Shown: one piece after another, positions 38,103 to 46,781 of the stretch
Numbering within the stretch: position 1 is the stretch's first letter
How the letters are laid out: each line of letters starts with the position of its first letter
Source: a virus
Reading direction: 5' to 3' (one strand)
Virus record (IMG/VR): IMGVR_UViG_3300025127_006147
Span: 1-64,000 of that record
DNA length: 64,000 nucleotides
The notes under the pieces: generated by a model
The model's input: the letters and a program-made list of their open reading frames with translations, nothing else
What the model was told of the DNA's origin: nothing
Database searches by the model: none
Position numbers and translations under genes: made by a program

Positions 38103-41100
38103 ATGGCAACAGACGGAAAAGTTTTTGTATCCCCAGGGGTATACACGTCAGAGAAAGATTTAAGTTTCGTAGCACAAAGTGTGGGAGTAACAACACTTGG
38201 TTTAGCTGGTGAAACTCTTCAGGGTCCTGCTTTTGAACCTATTTTCATAAGTTCATATGGAGAATTCCAAACCTATTTCGGTTCATTAAACCCAGAAAAG
38301 TTTACGGAAACACAAATCCCTAAATACGAATTATCATATATAGCAAAAGCATATTTACAACAATCTAATCAGTTATTTGTGACTAGAGTATTAGGTTATT
38401 CTGGATATGACGCTGGACCTTCTTGGTCAATAACAACAATAGGTAACCCTGATTGTGAAACTATTAGAACTCAGTGTGCTGACACTACAAGTACAGTATA
38501 TAGTGCTTCTACATGTAACACTGGAACGGCTTTTGAGTCAACTAGTGGTTCTACTGCTGTGGTAAATAGTGGTTCTGTTGGGTTATACTTTACTGGAGGG
38601 ACTGACGTTTGGACTGATTCATCCACAACTGTTAAACCTATTGATTCTTTACCTTGGCCTATTTCTGAAAAAATAAATGAAACTTTAACAAAAACAGATG
38701 GTAGTAGTACAACTATTTCTGCCGAGTTAGATAGTATGTTATCTACATATTACTCTAGTTTATCACACATAGCAGTATGTGCAACTGGAGGTACCCCATG
38801 TTTCTTACCTATGACAGGAGGAACTAGTGTAGAAAAAGCTTTTGGTTGTAACTATGATGGAGATACGGTTTCAGGAAATACATTATATGAAGGAACATAT
38901 TTAGAAAATGCAGGAACACCAGCATCTTCAGGATACACTTACCAGTCTAAATTTAGTGGTATAACAGAAACACAAGTTTTAGGTTCTTCTTGTAACCCTA
39001 AACCTTCAGTATTCTGTAATGACATTAACGACCCTTGGTTATACGGATTCTTTGACCTAGTTCCTGGAACAGACCAGTATACTGGTTTCTCAATGAGTAT
39101 CGGTATCAATACTAATGATGTTTTAGATATTAGTACATCCGCTCAAACAACATTATATTCTGGAGATTCTGCTTTAAGATTCTCTTACACATTATATACA
39201 GGAGAAACTTTCTGTAACTACAACGATTTAGTAGTCGCAACTTTCCGTTCAAGAGGTGTAAGTACACAAAATTCAGGTGGACCTGTTTATCAAGTAACTG
39301 GTGGAACAGATGTTACAATGGTTTGTACGGGAGACACTTTCTCCAAAGTAAATACTGACCCATTTGCCACTTTTGGTATGGATGTTACAGATAAAGACGG
39401 TGATTCATTTAGATTTGAAACTTCTATGTCTCCATCATCTAAAGACTTTGTTAAACGAGTATTTGGGGTGGCACCGTTTGATAAACAAATGGAACAAGTT
39501 CCAATCTTTGTAGAGGAAGCTTATCCTAACATGTTAACATACGCTTATAAGAAGGGTTACATTAAAGGATTAAACTGTAGTCTACTAGATTTACCTTCAT
39601 TTAGAGATTCTAATAATACTGGAACTATTGGTTTCTACCAAGAACAATGGCAAACCCCAGTAACACCTTATGTTGTTTCTGAACTAAGAGGTACCAAAGT
39701 ATATAAATTATTTAGATTTATATCTATATGTGATGGTAACGCAGCTAACACACAAGTTAAAATATCTATTGTTAACATTTCATTTGAAAGAAATGAATTC
39801 GATGTGTTAGTTAGAAGTTTCTATGACACAGACGCTTCACCAGTTGTATTGGAAAGATATACAAGATGTAGTATGAATCCTAATTTGAACTCTTTTGTTG
39901 GGGTTAAAATTGGTACCGCTAATGGTGAATATGAATTGAAGAGTAGATACATTATGGTAGACTTAGACCCAGAACAAGAGACTGACACTAACCGTCATGA
40001 TGCTGTTCCTTGTGGATTCGAAGGTTATGTGACTAGAAATTACTTAGGAGAACAAAGTCCTACATTATACTATAAAACAAAATATAATAAACCAGGTGAT
40101 ATAATCTGGAACCCACCTTTCGCTGTAAGTTCAACTGTGGATAACTCAGTGATAAGTGCGGGAGATAAAATTAGAAGAGTTTATTTAGGTATTTCTGATA
40201 CTGCAGCTTCAGCTTATGACGATGACTTCTTCCAATATAAAGGAAAACAAGCACCTACAGATAAATGTAATGATTTAGATGGTACAGACTGGAATTGTTT
40301 AACTCAAGGATTCCATATGGATAGTGGAGCGACTTGTGTAAATACTTTAGGTGAGTTATGTGTAACTACACTTTGTAAAAATTGTGGTACTGGAACAACA
40401 ACTGAAGACCAGTTCGCTGTTGGTGTAGCACCGTTTAGAAGTGAACCAACTAATTCACAGGACCCATACTACACATTACAGTCTAGAAAATTCACATTAG
40501 CACCGTATGGTGGTTTTGATGGATGGGACATTTATAGAAAATCAAGAAGTAACGGAGATAGTTATGTTAGAGGTAAATCAGGGTTCTTAAACGGAGCTTG
40601 TACTTCAACTACATTCCCTAACGCGTCTGGTGATGGTTCATTTAAACTATTATCAAGCACTCCTTGGGGTGAATCAGGATTCTTCGCAACAACTGACTAT
40701 TACGCTTATTTCTTCGGTATTAGAACATTTAGAAACCCAGAAGCGGTTAACATTAACGTATTAGCAACACCAGGTATTGACTATGTAAACAATAGTAACC
40801 TTGTAGAGGAAACAATTGACATGGTAGAAACTGAAAGAGCTGATTCACTGTATGTTACTACAACACCTGACTACAACTTGTTTGTACCAGGAGCTACGGT
40901 AGCGGCAAACATAATCCAACCTACTGAAGCGGTAGATAACTTAGATTTAACAGCAATCGATTCTAACTACACCGCTACTTACTACCCATGGGTACAGTAC
41001 AACGACCAAGAGAACAATACAAGAGTATGGTTACCACCTACTTATGATGTAATGAGAAACATTGCTTTAACAGATAATATCTCATTCCCTTGGTTCGCGT

Positions 41101-41582
41101 CCGCTGGTTACACTAGAGGTATTGTAAACGCGGTTAAAGCTAGAAAGAAACTTACTCTTGATGAAAGAGATACGTTATACGCTGGTAGAATTAACCCAAT
41201 CGCAACTTACTCAGATGTTGGTACTATTATCTGGGGTAACAAGACACTACAAAGTAGACAATCTGCATTAGACAGAATCAACGTTAGAAGATTGTTACTA
41301 CAGGCTAGAAAATTAATTTCGGCAGTAGCAGTTAAATTGTTATTCGAACAAAATGACGAACAAGTAAGAAACGAATTCTTAGACTTAGTTAACCCAATCT
41401 TAGACTCTATTAGAAGAGAGAGAGGTTTAACAGACTTTAGAGTTGTTCTTTCTGACGACCCACAATTGATTGACCAAAATACATTAGAAGGTAAGATTTA
41501 CATAAAACCAACTAGGTCTCTAGAATTTATCGATATCGAATTCTTAATTACACCTACTGGAGCATCATTTGAAAATGTATAA
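38103..41582 (+). CDS. Contractile tail sheath protein (gp18-like) with large insertions
   Basis: N-terminal SPGVYTSEKDLS; C-terminal WFASAGYTRG, RINPI, IWGNKTL, DRINVRRLL, RSLEFI. Confidence 0.95.
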   Translation: MATDGKVFVSPGVYTSEKDLSFVAQSVGVTTLGLAGETLQGPAFEPIFISSYGEFQTYFGSLNPEKFTETQIPKYELSYIAKAYLQQSNQLFVTRVLGYSGYDAGPSWSITTIGNPDCETIRTQCADTTSTVYSASTCNTGTAFESTSGSTAVVNSGSVGLYFTGGTDVWTDSSTTVKPIDSLPWPISEKINETLTKTDGSSTTISAELDSMLSTYYSSLSHIAVCATGGTPCFLPMTGGTSVEKAFGCNYDGDTVSGNTLYEGTYLENAGTPASSGYTYQSKFSGITETQVLGSSCNPKPSVFCNDINDPWLYGFFDLVPGTDQYTGFSMSIGINTNDVLDISTSAQTTLYSGDSALRFSYTLYTGETFCNYNDLVVATFRSRGVSTQNSGGPVYQVTGGTDVTMVCTGDTFSKVNTDPFATFGMDVTDKDGDSFRFETSMSPSSKDFVKRVFGVAPFDKQMEQVPIFVEEAYPNMLTYAYKKGYIKGLNCSLLDLPSFRDSNNTGTIGFYQEQWQTPVTPYVVSELRGTKVYKLFRFISICDGNAANTQVKISIVNISFERNEFDVLVRSFYDTDASPVVLERYTRCSMNPNLNSFVGVKIGTANGEYELKSRYIMVDLDPEQETDTNRHDAVPCGFEGYVTRNYLGEQSPTLYYKTKYNKPGDIIWNPPFAVSSTVDNSVISAGDKIRRVYLGISDTAASAYDDDFFQYKGKQAPTDKCNDLDGTDWNCLTQGFHMDSGATCVNTLGELCVTTLCKNCGTGTTTEDQFAVGVAPFRSEPTNSQDPYYTLQSRKFTLAPYGGFDGWDIYRKSRSNGDSYVRGKSGFLNGACTSTTFPNASGDGSFKLLSSTPWGESGFFATTDYYAYFFGIRTFRNPEAVNINVLATPGIDYVNNSNLVEETIDMVETERADSLYVTTTPDYNLFVPGATVAANIIQPTEAVDNLDLTAIDSNYTATYYPWVQYNDQENNTRVWLPPTYDVMRNIALTDNISFPWFASAGYTRGIVNAVKARKKLTLDERDTLYAGRINPIATYSDVGTIIWGNKTLQSRQSALDRINVRRLLLQARKLISAVAVKLLFEQNDEQVRNEFLDLVNPILDSIRRERGLTDFRVVLSDDPQLIDQNTLEGKIYIKPTRSLEFIDIEFLITPTGASFENV

Positions 41583-41608
41583 TAAGAAAAGATAAAAAAA
41601 GGTAAAAA

Positions 41609-43558
41609 ATGAAACTTAATTATAAAAAACAAAAATTAGTAGAAAGTTTAGGTTTTAACGTAAATTTCAAAAACCATTATGGTAATAAACCACAAAACGT
41701 TAAAGTAACACCAGACCAGTTCAAAAGATTAATGGAGTCTTACTTAGTATATGAGGAAGAAATACACAAGGAAGAGGAGGATTTAGAGTTAGCAGAATTC
41801 TCTGATTCATTCCAAGACGAACTTGACCAAGACATATTAGATGAAATGGATATGGAAAAAGAAACCAAAGAAGGGTATGGTAAAAAACATATGGACGAAA
41901 TGAACTTTGGTGATGACGGTGGTTTGAATTTACCTTCAGATGTAGATATGGATACTGAAAACGACAATAACCCGATTGATTTAGATGAATATGGTTATCA
42001 GTCTATTGACCATTCTGATAGAGACGAGTTCGATGGTAGAAAATCTAGAGTTGTTGGGGTATATTCAGACATTAACAAACAACGTTATGGGATGAATGAA
42101 GATTCTGAAGGAGAGGAAACATATCACTACGATGAAGATTTACACCATGACAGAGATGAATTACATCATTTAGAACGTGAAAGAAGTCACGCTCATGGTG
42201 GACATAAGTCCGACCTAGACCAACATATCGCAGCTCTAATTGATTCAATGAAGTATGACGATAAAAGAGGTGTGGGTAAAGATGATATGTACAGAAGAGA
42301 ACCAGGAACACACTTTTACCATGAAGGAAACGGTTTAGCGGAATCTGTTGACAAAACTTTTAAAATGATTAGAGAATCTATTAGAAGAGAAAGACCAAAA
42401 GGTTTAAGAATGAGTAACTATAGTAGAAAAACTTTAAATGAACAATTTGTTGGTTATACTGAAATGGGTGAACAATTCTATGGTGGTAGAGGTAACTACA
42501 ATAATCCTGGAGTAAATGCCGCTAAGGGTATTGAAGAGTTAGTTAAGAACATTAAAAAAGCTTATAACTTTATTAAAGATTCAAGAACTAGAAAACAAAT
42601 TGAAAACACCTTAGTTAAGTTACAAAACTTTATGGCTATCACAGCTGACGCAGTTATGGCAGGTAAACAACAAAGAGCACCTAGAAGAAATGACCAATTA
42701 ACTAGACCATTACCTTATCCTGAATTAGACGAACCAGAAGATTTAGAGGATATTGATGATGAGTTAGATTTAGATTCACTTAATGAGTCCCAAAAACGTA
42801 GTTTGGTTAGAGAAGCTAAAAGAGAGTTGAGAAGAAGAGCTTTAGTTGAAGAATTTTATTTACTTAACGAACAGGACGGAAAAGATAAAATTAAACAGTT
42901 AAAAGACGCTTTAAAAAGAGAAAGACAAGCTAAAAGAGATTTAAACAAACTAGGAAGAAAAGAACAAAGAGAAGAAAGAAAAAAAGCTAGAGAACAAAGA
43001 AAAGAACTCAAAAAATTCGAACAACTATGTTCTAAATTTCCAGACGCTCCAGAATGTTCTGATAAAGATGAATTCGTAAAAGATGTTGAACAAGAAATTA
43101 CAAAGGTAGAAGTTGCAACAAAAGATGCGGAAAAAGATTTCCAAAAACCCCCATCTGGGATACCAGATAAAAAACCTGGTGATTCGGTTAGTGGAAAAGA
43201 AACATCAAAGTTATGTCAACTAAAAGGAGACAAAACCTATGAGTATAAAGTAGAAAATGATGAGTGGTACAGTAGAAAAAGAGGTACAACTAAATGGAAC
43301 TCATTAGCTGGAGATAAATTTACTTTAGCAAGAGCAAGGTTAGATAAAGGTTGCCCAACGTTTAGAAAAACTAAAGAAGAAATGCCAGATGACGCGGTTA
43401 GTTCACAGGAAGATAAAGTGAGTTCAGCTACACAAACAAATGACCCAGATTCTTGGAAATCAAATATTCCAGGAAATGACCCAAAAAAGGACGCTGAAGC
43501 AAGACAAAGAGCCAGAGAATTTGCAGCTATGGGGTACCAAGGTTATTCAGGTAATTAA
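41609..43558 (+). CDS. Acidic, His-rich, coiled-coil hypothetical protein (possible internal head/scaffold protein)
   Basis: ORF track; D/E-rich blocks, His cluster, K/R/E coiled coil, repeated L/M/I-x-E-S/Q junctions. Confidence 0.7.
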   Translation: MKLNYKKQKLVESLGFNVNFKNHYGNKPQNVKVTPDQFKRLMESYLVYEEEIHKEEEDLELAEFSDSFQDELDQDILDEMDMEKETKEGYGKKHMDEMNFGDDGGLNLPSDVDMDTENDNNPIDLDEYGYQSIDHSDRDEFDGRKSRVVGVYSDINKQRYGMNEDSEGEETYHYDEDLHHDRDELHHLERERSHAHGGHKSDLDQHIAALIDSMKYDDKRGVGKDDMYRREPGTHFYHEGNGLAESVDKTFKMIRESIRRERPKGLRMSNYSRKTLNEQFVGYTEMGEQFYGGRGNYNNPGVNAAKGIEELVKNIKKAYNFIKDSRTRKQIENTLVKLQNFMAITADAVMAGKQQRAPRRNDQLTRPLPYPELDEPEDLEDIDDELDLDSLNESQKRSLVREAKRELRRRALVEEFYLLNEQDGKDKIKQLKDALKRERQAKRDLNKLGRKEQREERKKAREQRKELKKFEQLCSKFPDAPECSDKDEFVKDVEQEITKVEVATKDAEKDFQKPPSGIPDKKPGDSVSGKETSKLCQLKGDKTYEYKVENDEWYSRKRGTTKWNSLAGDKFTLARARLDKGCPTFRKTKEEMPDDAVSSQEDKVSSATQTNDPDSWKSNIPGNDPKKDAEARQRAREFAAMGYQGYSGN

Positions 43559-43582
43559 TAACTTATAACATTTTTATTATTT

Positions 43583-43610
43583 AAAAAGGGTCCTAATGGA
43601 CCCTTTTTTT
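43583..43610. terminator. Bidirectional intrinsic terminator
   Basis: AAAAAGGGTCC-TAAT-GGACCCTTTTTTT between convergent genes. Confidence 0.88.
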
Positions 43611-43842
43611 ATTCATCTATTTTTCCTCCGTTTCCAAGGATTAGTAAAAATATCATAGGAAACATTAATGGTGCTTTTAAGATGTGGGTAAATATATAGA
43701 AGTTGAACCATCCGTTTGAAGGTTCCCCTGAGTTTTCCTGTTCAAGTTCCAAATAATTTTTTTCAATCTGTTTTTTATTTATTTCGATAAAGAAAATCAT
43801 AGTAATGATTGAAATCGTAAGGTATGTGATAATGTATGTCAT
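43609..43842 (-). CDS. Small membrane protein (77 aa, two hydrophobic segments)
   Basis: MTYIITYLTISIITMIFFI and LMFPMIFLLILG; has its own Bacteroidota-type promoter. Confidence 0.65.
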   Translation of the reverse strand: MTYIITYLTISIITMIFFIEINKKQIEKNYLELEQENSGEPSNGWFNFYIFTHILKAPLMFPMIFLLILGNGGKIDE

Positions 43843-43868
43843 TGGTTCGTATTTTAATAATTATGATA

Positions 43869-43901
43869 CAAAGATAATAAATTCGGTGGGACTACACAAA
43901 T
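43869..43901 (-). promoter_or_regulatory. Bacteroidota sigma-A-type promoter
   Basis: Minus strand TTTG-N21-TATCTTTG (consensus TTTG-N19-21-TAnnTTTG). Confidence 0.7.
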
Positions 43902-43926
43902 ATATACGTAATTAGTTTACGTGATG

Positions 43927-44709
43927 TTACGAAAAACTAAAACGTCTTTTACTGTAAATTCTCCAAGCTTCGTTGTTGTCATATTTCTCATTAATTTTAC
44001 TAACAACTTCTGTAGGTAATTCCTCTTCAATTAAACTTTTTTTGGTTATGTCACATTTAATATTTGTGATTTGACTGTTCAATGAAGACATTTTAGACCT
44101 TAATTCATCAATTTGTTTTGCCAACTCTTCTTTTTCTTTTTGAGCTTTTGTCAACTCTTCACTACCATTAAACTCCTTTTTCCAAGCGTCTTCATAAGTG
44201 TCATCAGTAAATAACTCAACGTGATTTCTAGTATACCTTTCATTGATGTTGGATACTTGACCTTCAAGGTAATCGTTAATGGTATCCAACAATTTATTTG
44301 TAAAAATTTCAGTTATCCTAGGAATGTCCTGAATAAAAGTATCATAGATACCATCGTACTTTTCAATTTTCTTTTTTCTTGTACGAATTCCAGTAAATTT
44401 AAATTCTACTCTATGTGTTTCGTGCATGTTATAACATTCTGACTCTTCTCTCAGAATTTGAGAAAGTTTGACAGCTTTTAATAATTGTGGGTTGATAGAC
44501 TTAAGTGTCTCTACAATTTCTGGTTTAAGAACAACATAAACACTCATCCAAAGAGAACGGTCAAAGGAATATTTAGCGTCAACAGCTCTGTCTGCGTCTT
44601 TTTTTGAGTTGGAGGTTTTGACTATTACATCATCTTTTGTGATTCCTTCTACAATTGTTAAATATTCTTTGTCGTTACTAAATAAGCTTTCTGTTTTTTC
44701 TATCTTCAT
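43927..44709 (-). CDS. Hypothetical early protein with C-terminal coiled coil (260 aa)
   Basis: ORF track; Bacteroidota-type promoter upstream. Confidence 0.75.
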   Translation of the reverse strand: MKIEKTESLFSNDKEYLTIVEGITKDDVIVKTSNSKKDADRAVDAKYSFDRSLWMSVYVVLKPEIVETLKSINPQLLKAVKLSQILREESECYNMHETHRVEFKFTGIRTRKKKIEKYDGIYDTFIQDIPRITEIFTNKLLDTINDYLEGQVSNINERYTRNHVELFTDDTYEDAWKKEFNGSEELTKAQKEKEELAKQIDELRSKMSSLNSQITNIKCDITKKSLIEEELPTEVVSKINEKYDNNEAWRIYSKRRFSFS

Positions 44710-44736
44710 GTTTTTCTTTTATCGTTTTGTTATATA

Positions 44737-44768
44737 CAAATATAAGAGCTTTATTTTAAAATACCAAA
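44737..44768 (-). promoter_or_regulatory. Bacteroidota sigma-A-type promoter
   Basis: Minus strand TTTG-N20-TATATTTG. Confidence 0.72.
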
Positions 44769-44788
44769 TTAAATTTATCTTTTTTTTG

Positions 44789-44819
44789 TTTGTTTACTAA
44801 ATATTTTTTCTTATATTTG
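44789..44819 (+). promoter_or_regulatory. Bacteroidota sigma-A-type promoter
   Basis: Plus strand TTTG-N19-TATATTTG, upstream of 44843. Confidence 0.72.
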
Positions 44820-44842
44820 TATCGAACTTTAAAACATAATAA

Positions 44843-45283
44843 ATGAAATTAGCACTTTTTGACTTTGATAATACATTATTTAAAACCCCTTATGACGAAA
44901 GTCCAAGTTATATGGATAAACCAGAAAGTTTATCAATACGTAAATGGAAATTCGAACCAATACTTGAGACTATAAAAAAGTTTAAAGAATGTAAAAAAGA
45001 AAAAAATACGAAAGTTATTTTACTTACAAATAGAATTGACAATGTTTACTCAGAATTAAAGACTTTATTAGAGGAATACGGTTTGGTATTTGACGACTAC
45101 AAAATGATTATTGGTGTGGATGGTGATAGGTCTAAAGGTAAACGAGTAAAGGACTTGATATTAAATAATAACGTGGGTTCTGTTGAGTATTGGGAAGATA
45201 AAGATAAACATATAGAAGATGTCAAAAACACCATGGACTTTTTTCCAGAGATAGAATTAAAAATAAATAAAGTAGTTATTTAA
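44843..45283 (+). CDS. HAD-superfamily phosphatase
   Basis: LALFDFDNTLFKTP (motif I), LLTNR (II), K (III), YWEDKDKHIE (IV). Confidence 0.85.
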   Translation: MKLALFDFDNTLFKTPYDESPSYMDKPESLSIRKWKFEPILETIKKFKECKKEKNTKVILLTNRIDNVYSELKTLLEEYGLVFDDYKMIIGVDGDRSKGKRVKDLILNNNVGSVEYWEDKDKHIEDVKNTMDFFPEIELKINKVVI

Positions 45284-45929
45284 TTCTATTAATACTACCA
45301 GTAGCCCTTTCTCCTTTAGGTAAATCTCTAGTATTATCTACAATCCAATAATTATCTACCATAGGAATTAAATCTTTAACAACTCTTCTAACTTTATCGT
45401 GATAATCAATAACCATGTCTCTAGGTAAACTTCGGTCTCTTTCTTGATTTCTCTCCAAAGCTTTATCCAATTCTGTAACAACATGAACTATAGTTACAGC
45501 ATAACCATTGTCTTTAGCTAAATTAATTACATCATTCATAACTTGTCTTTGACCACCACCCGCATCATATACAATATTAGGTGTGTGATTTCTCTCCACC
45601 TCTAAAAAGTTCTTTAAAAATCTAATAGTTAAATTTCTAGGGTCTGATGTGGTATATGACATATCTAATATCTTTTTATAACCCTCGTCAGTAGAAATAT
45701 TTTCTTTCCAAGAATCACCCCAGATTTTTTTAGCTAACGCTACTCTATAGTTGTCTACATTAAATTGTTTGTAATCAGGTAAGTCTATAAAGTTTTGTGT
45801 AACGAAACTTTTTCCCGCACCTGGGCCACCAGCAATAATTACAAAATTACCCTGAGGTCTATCAAATCCAACTACCCTGGACTCAACAAACATTAATCTT
45901 TTGATTTTCTCAATTTCTTTTAGTAGCAT
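45276..45929 (-). CDS. P-loop nucleotide kinase (zeta-toxin/AAA_33/PNK-like) with N-terminal leader
   Basis: IIAGGPGAGKS, FNVD, VYDAGG, ALERNQERDR lid. Confidence 0.82.
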   Translation of the reverse strand: MLLKEIEKIKRLMFVESRVVGFDRPQGNFVIIAGGPGAGKSFVTQNFIDLPDYKQFNVDNYRVALAKKIWGDSWKENISTDEGYKKILDMSYTTSDPRNLTIRFLKNFLEVERNHTPNIVYDAGGGQRQVMNDVINLAKDNGYAVTIVHVVTELDKALERNQERDRSLPRDMVIDYHDKVRRVVKDLIPMVDNYWIVDNTRDLPKGERATGSINRIK

Positions 45930-45937
45930 ATCTTTAT

Positions 45938-45951
45938 ATAAATATATTTAT
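45938..45951. promoter_or_regulatory. Back-to-back late-promoter palindrome ATAAATATATTTAT
   Basis: Gives TATTTAT on each strand, facing the divergent kinase and deoC genes. Confidence 0.62.
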
Positions 45952-45973
45952 TAATGATAATAATACAATAATC

Positions 45974-46780
45974 ATGAACACAAAATTACTTATCGAAAGA
46001 ATGATGAGATTAATGGAAATAGAAGACATTAAGTCTGATATTTCAAATTATCTCGATTCAACGTATTTAAAAACATCAGAACAAGCTGGTATCTCAGACG
46101 AAGAAACTAAAAACAACGTTATGTCATTATTAGATGACGCTTTAAACCATAATATGAAATTAGTTATGGTAAGACCAGAACAGGTAGAATTAGCCAGAGA
46201 AGTAATAGACCAAAGAAACGGTAATACTTTAGTTGGTACAGTAATTGATTTCCCGTTTGGAAATGGTAGTACTTCAGATAAAGTTAATGAAGCTAAAAGA
46301 GCCATTAATATGGGTGTAGATGAAATTGATTATGTAACGGACTATAAATCTTTTAAGGCAGGAAATATAGAAAAATTTATTAGAGACATTGTAGATGGAA
46401 CCAGGGTTGGTATGGATGCTGGTAAAGTTGTTAAGTGGATTATAGAAAGTGAAGCTCTTACAAACCAAGAAATACAAGACATAACTCAGCTTATCAGAGA
46501 TGTGGTAGTTAATGAGTTTGGTGAGATACCAGCATCATCTGTTTTTGTTAAAACATCTACGGGATTTTTTAACGGTGAAAAACCAAATCCTGAAAAAACT
46601 AAAGAAGAAGACGTAATAATTATGTCTCAAAATGCTGGACCACTGAGGGTTAAAGCTTCTGGTGGTATTTATACTATAGACGATTTAAATAAAATGGTTA
46701 AAGCTGGAGCTAGTAGAATCGGAACTTCAGCTGCCAAAGAAATAATACGTGGTGATAAAGACGTTATAAAAGATTATTAA
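45974..46780 (+). CDS. deoC: Deoxyribose-phosphate aldolase with N-terminal leader
   Basis: LDSTYL, TVIDFPFG, DEIDYV, VKWIIE, FVKTSTG (Schiff-base Lys), VKASGGI, GASRIGTS. Confidence 0.92.
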   Translation: MNTKLLIERMMRLMEIEDIKSDISNYLDSTYLKTSEQAGISDEETKNNVMSLLDDALNHNMKLVMVRPEQVELAREVIDQRNGNTLVGTVIDFPFGNGSTSDKVNEAKRAINMGVDEIDYVTDYKSFKAGNIEKFIRDIVDGTRVGMDAGKVVKWIIESEALTNQEIQDITQLIRDVVVNEFGEIPASSVFVKTSTGFFNGEKPNPEKTKEEDVIIMSQNAGPLRVKASGGIYTIDDLNKMVKAGASRIGTSAAKEIIRGDKDVIKDY

Positions 46781-46781
46781 A

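Noticed and set aside
45276-45929. Zeta toxin of an epsilon-zeta toxin-antitoxin system
   Set aside because: No adjacent small antitoxin gene; context with deoC, NDT and HAD favours a nucleotide kinase.
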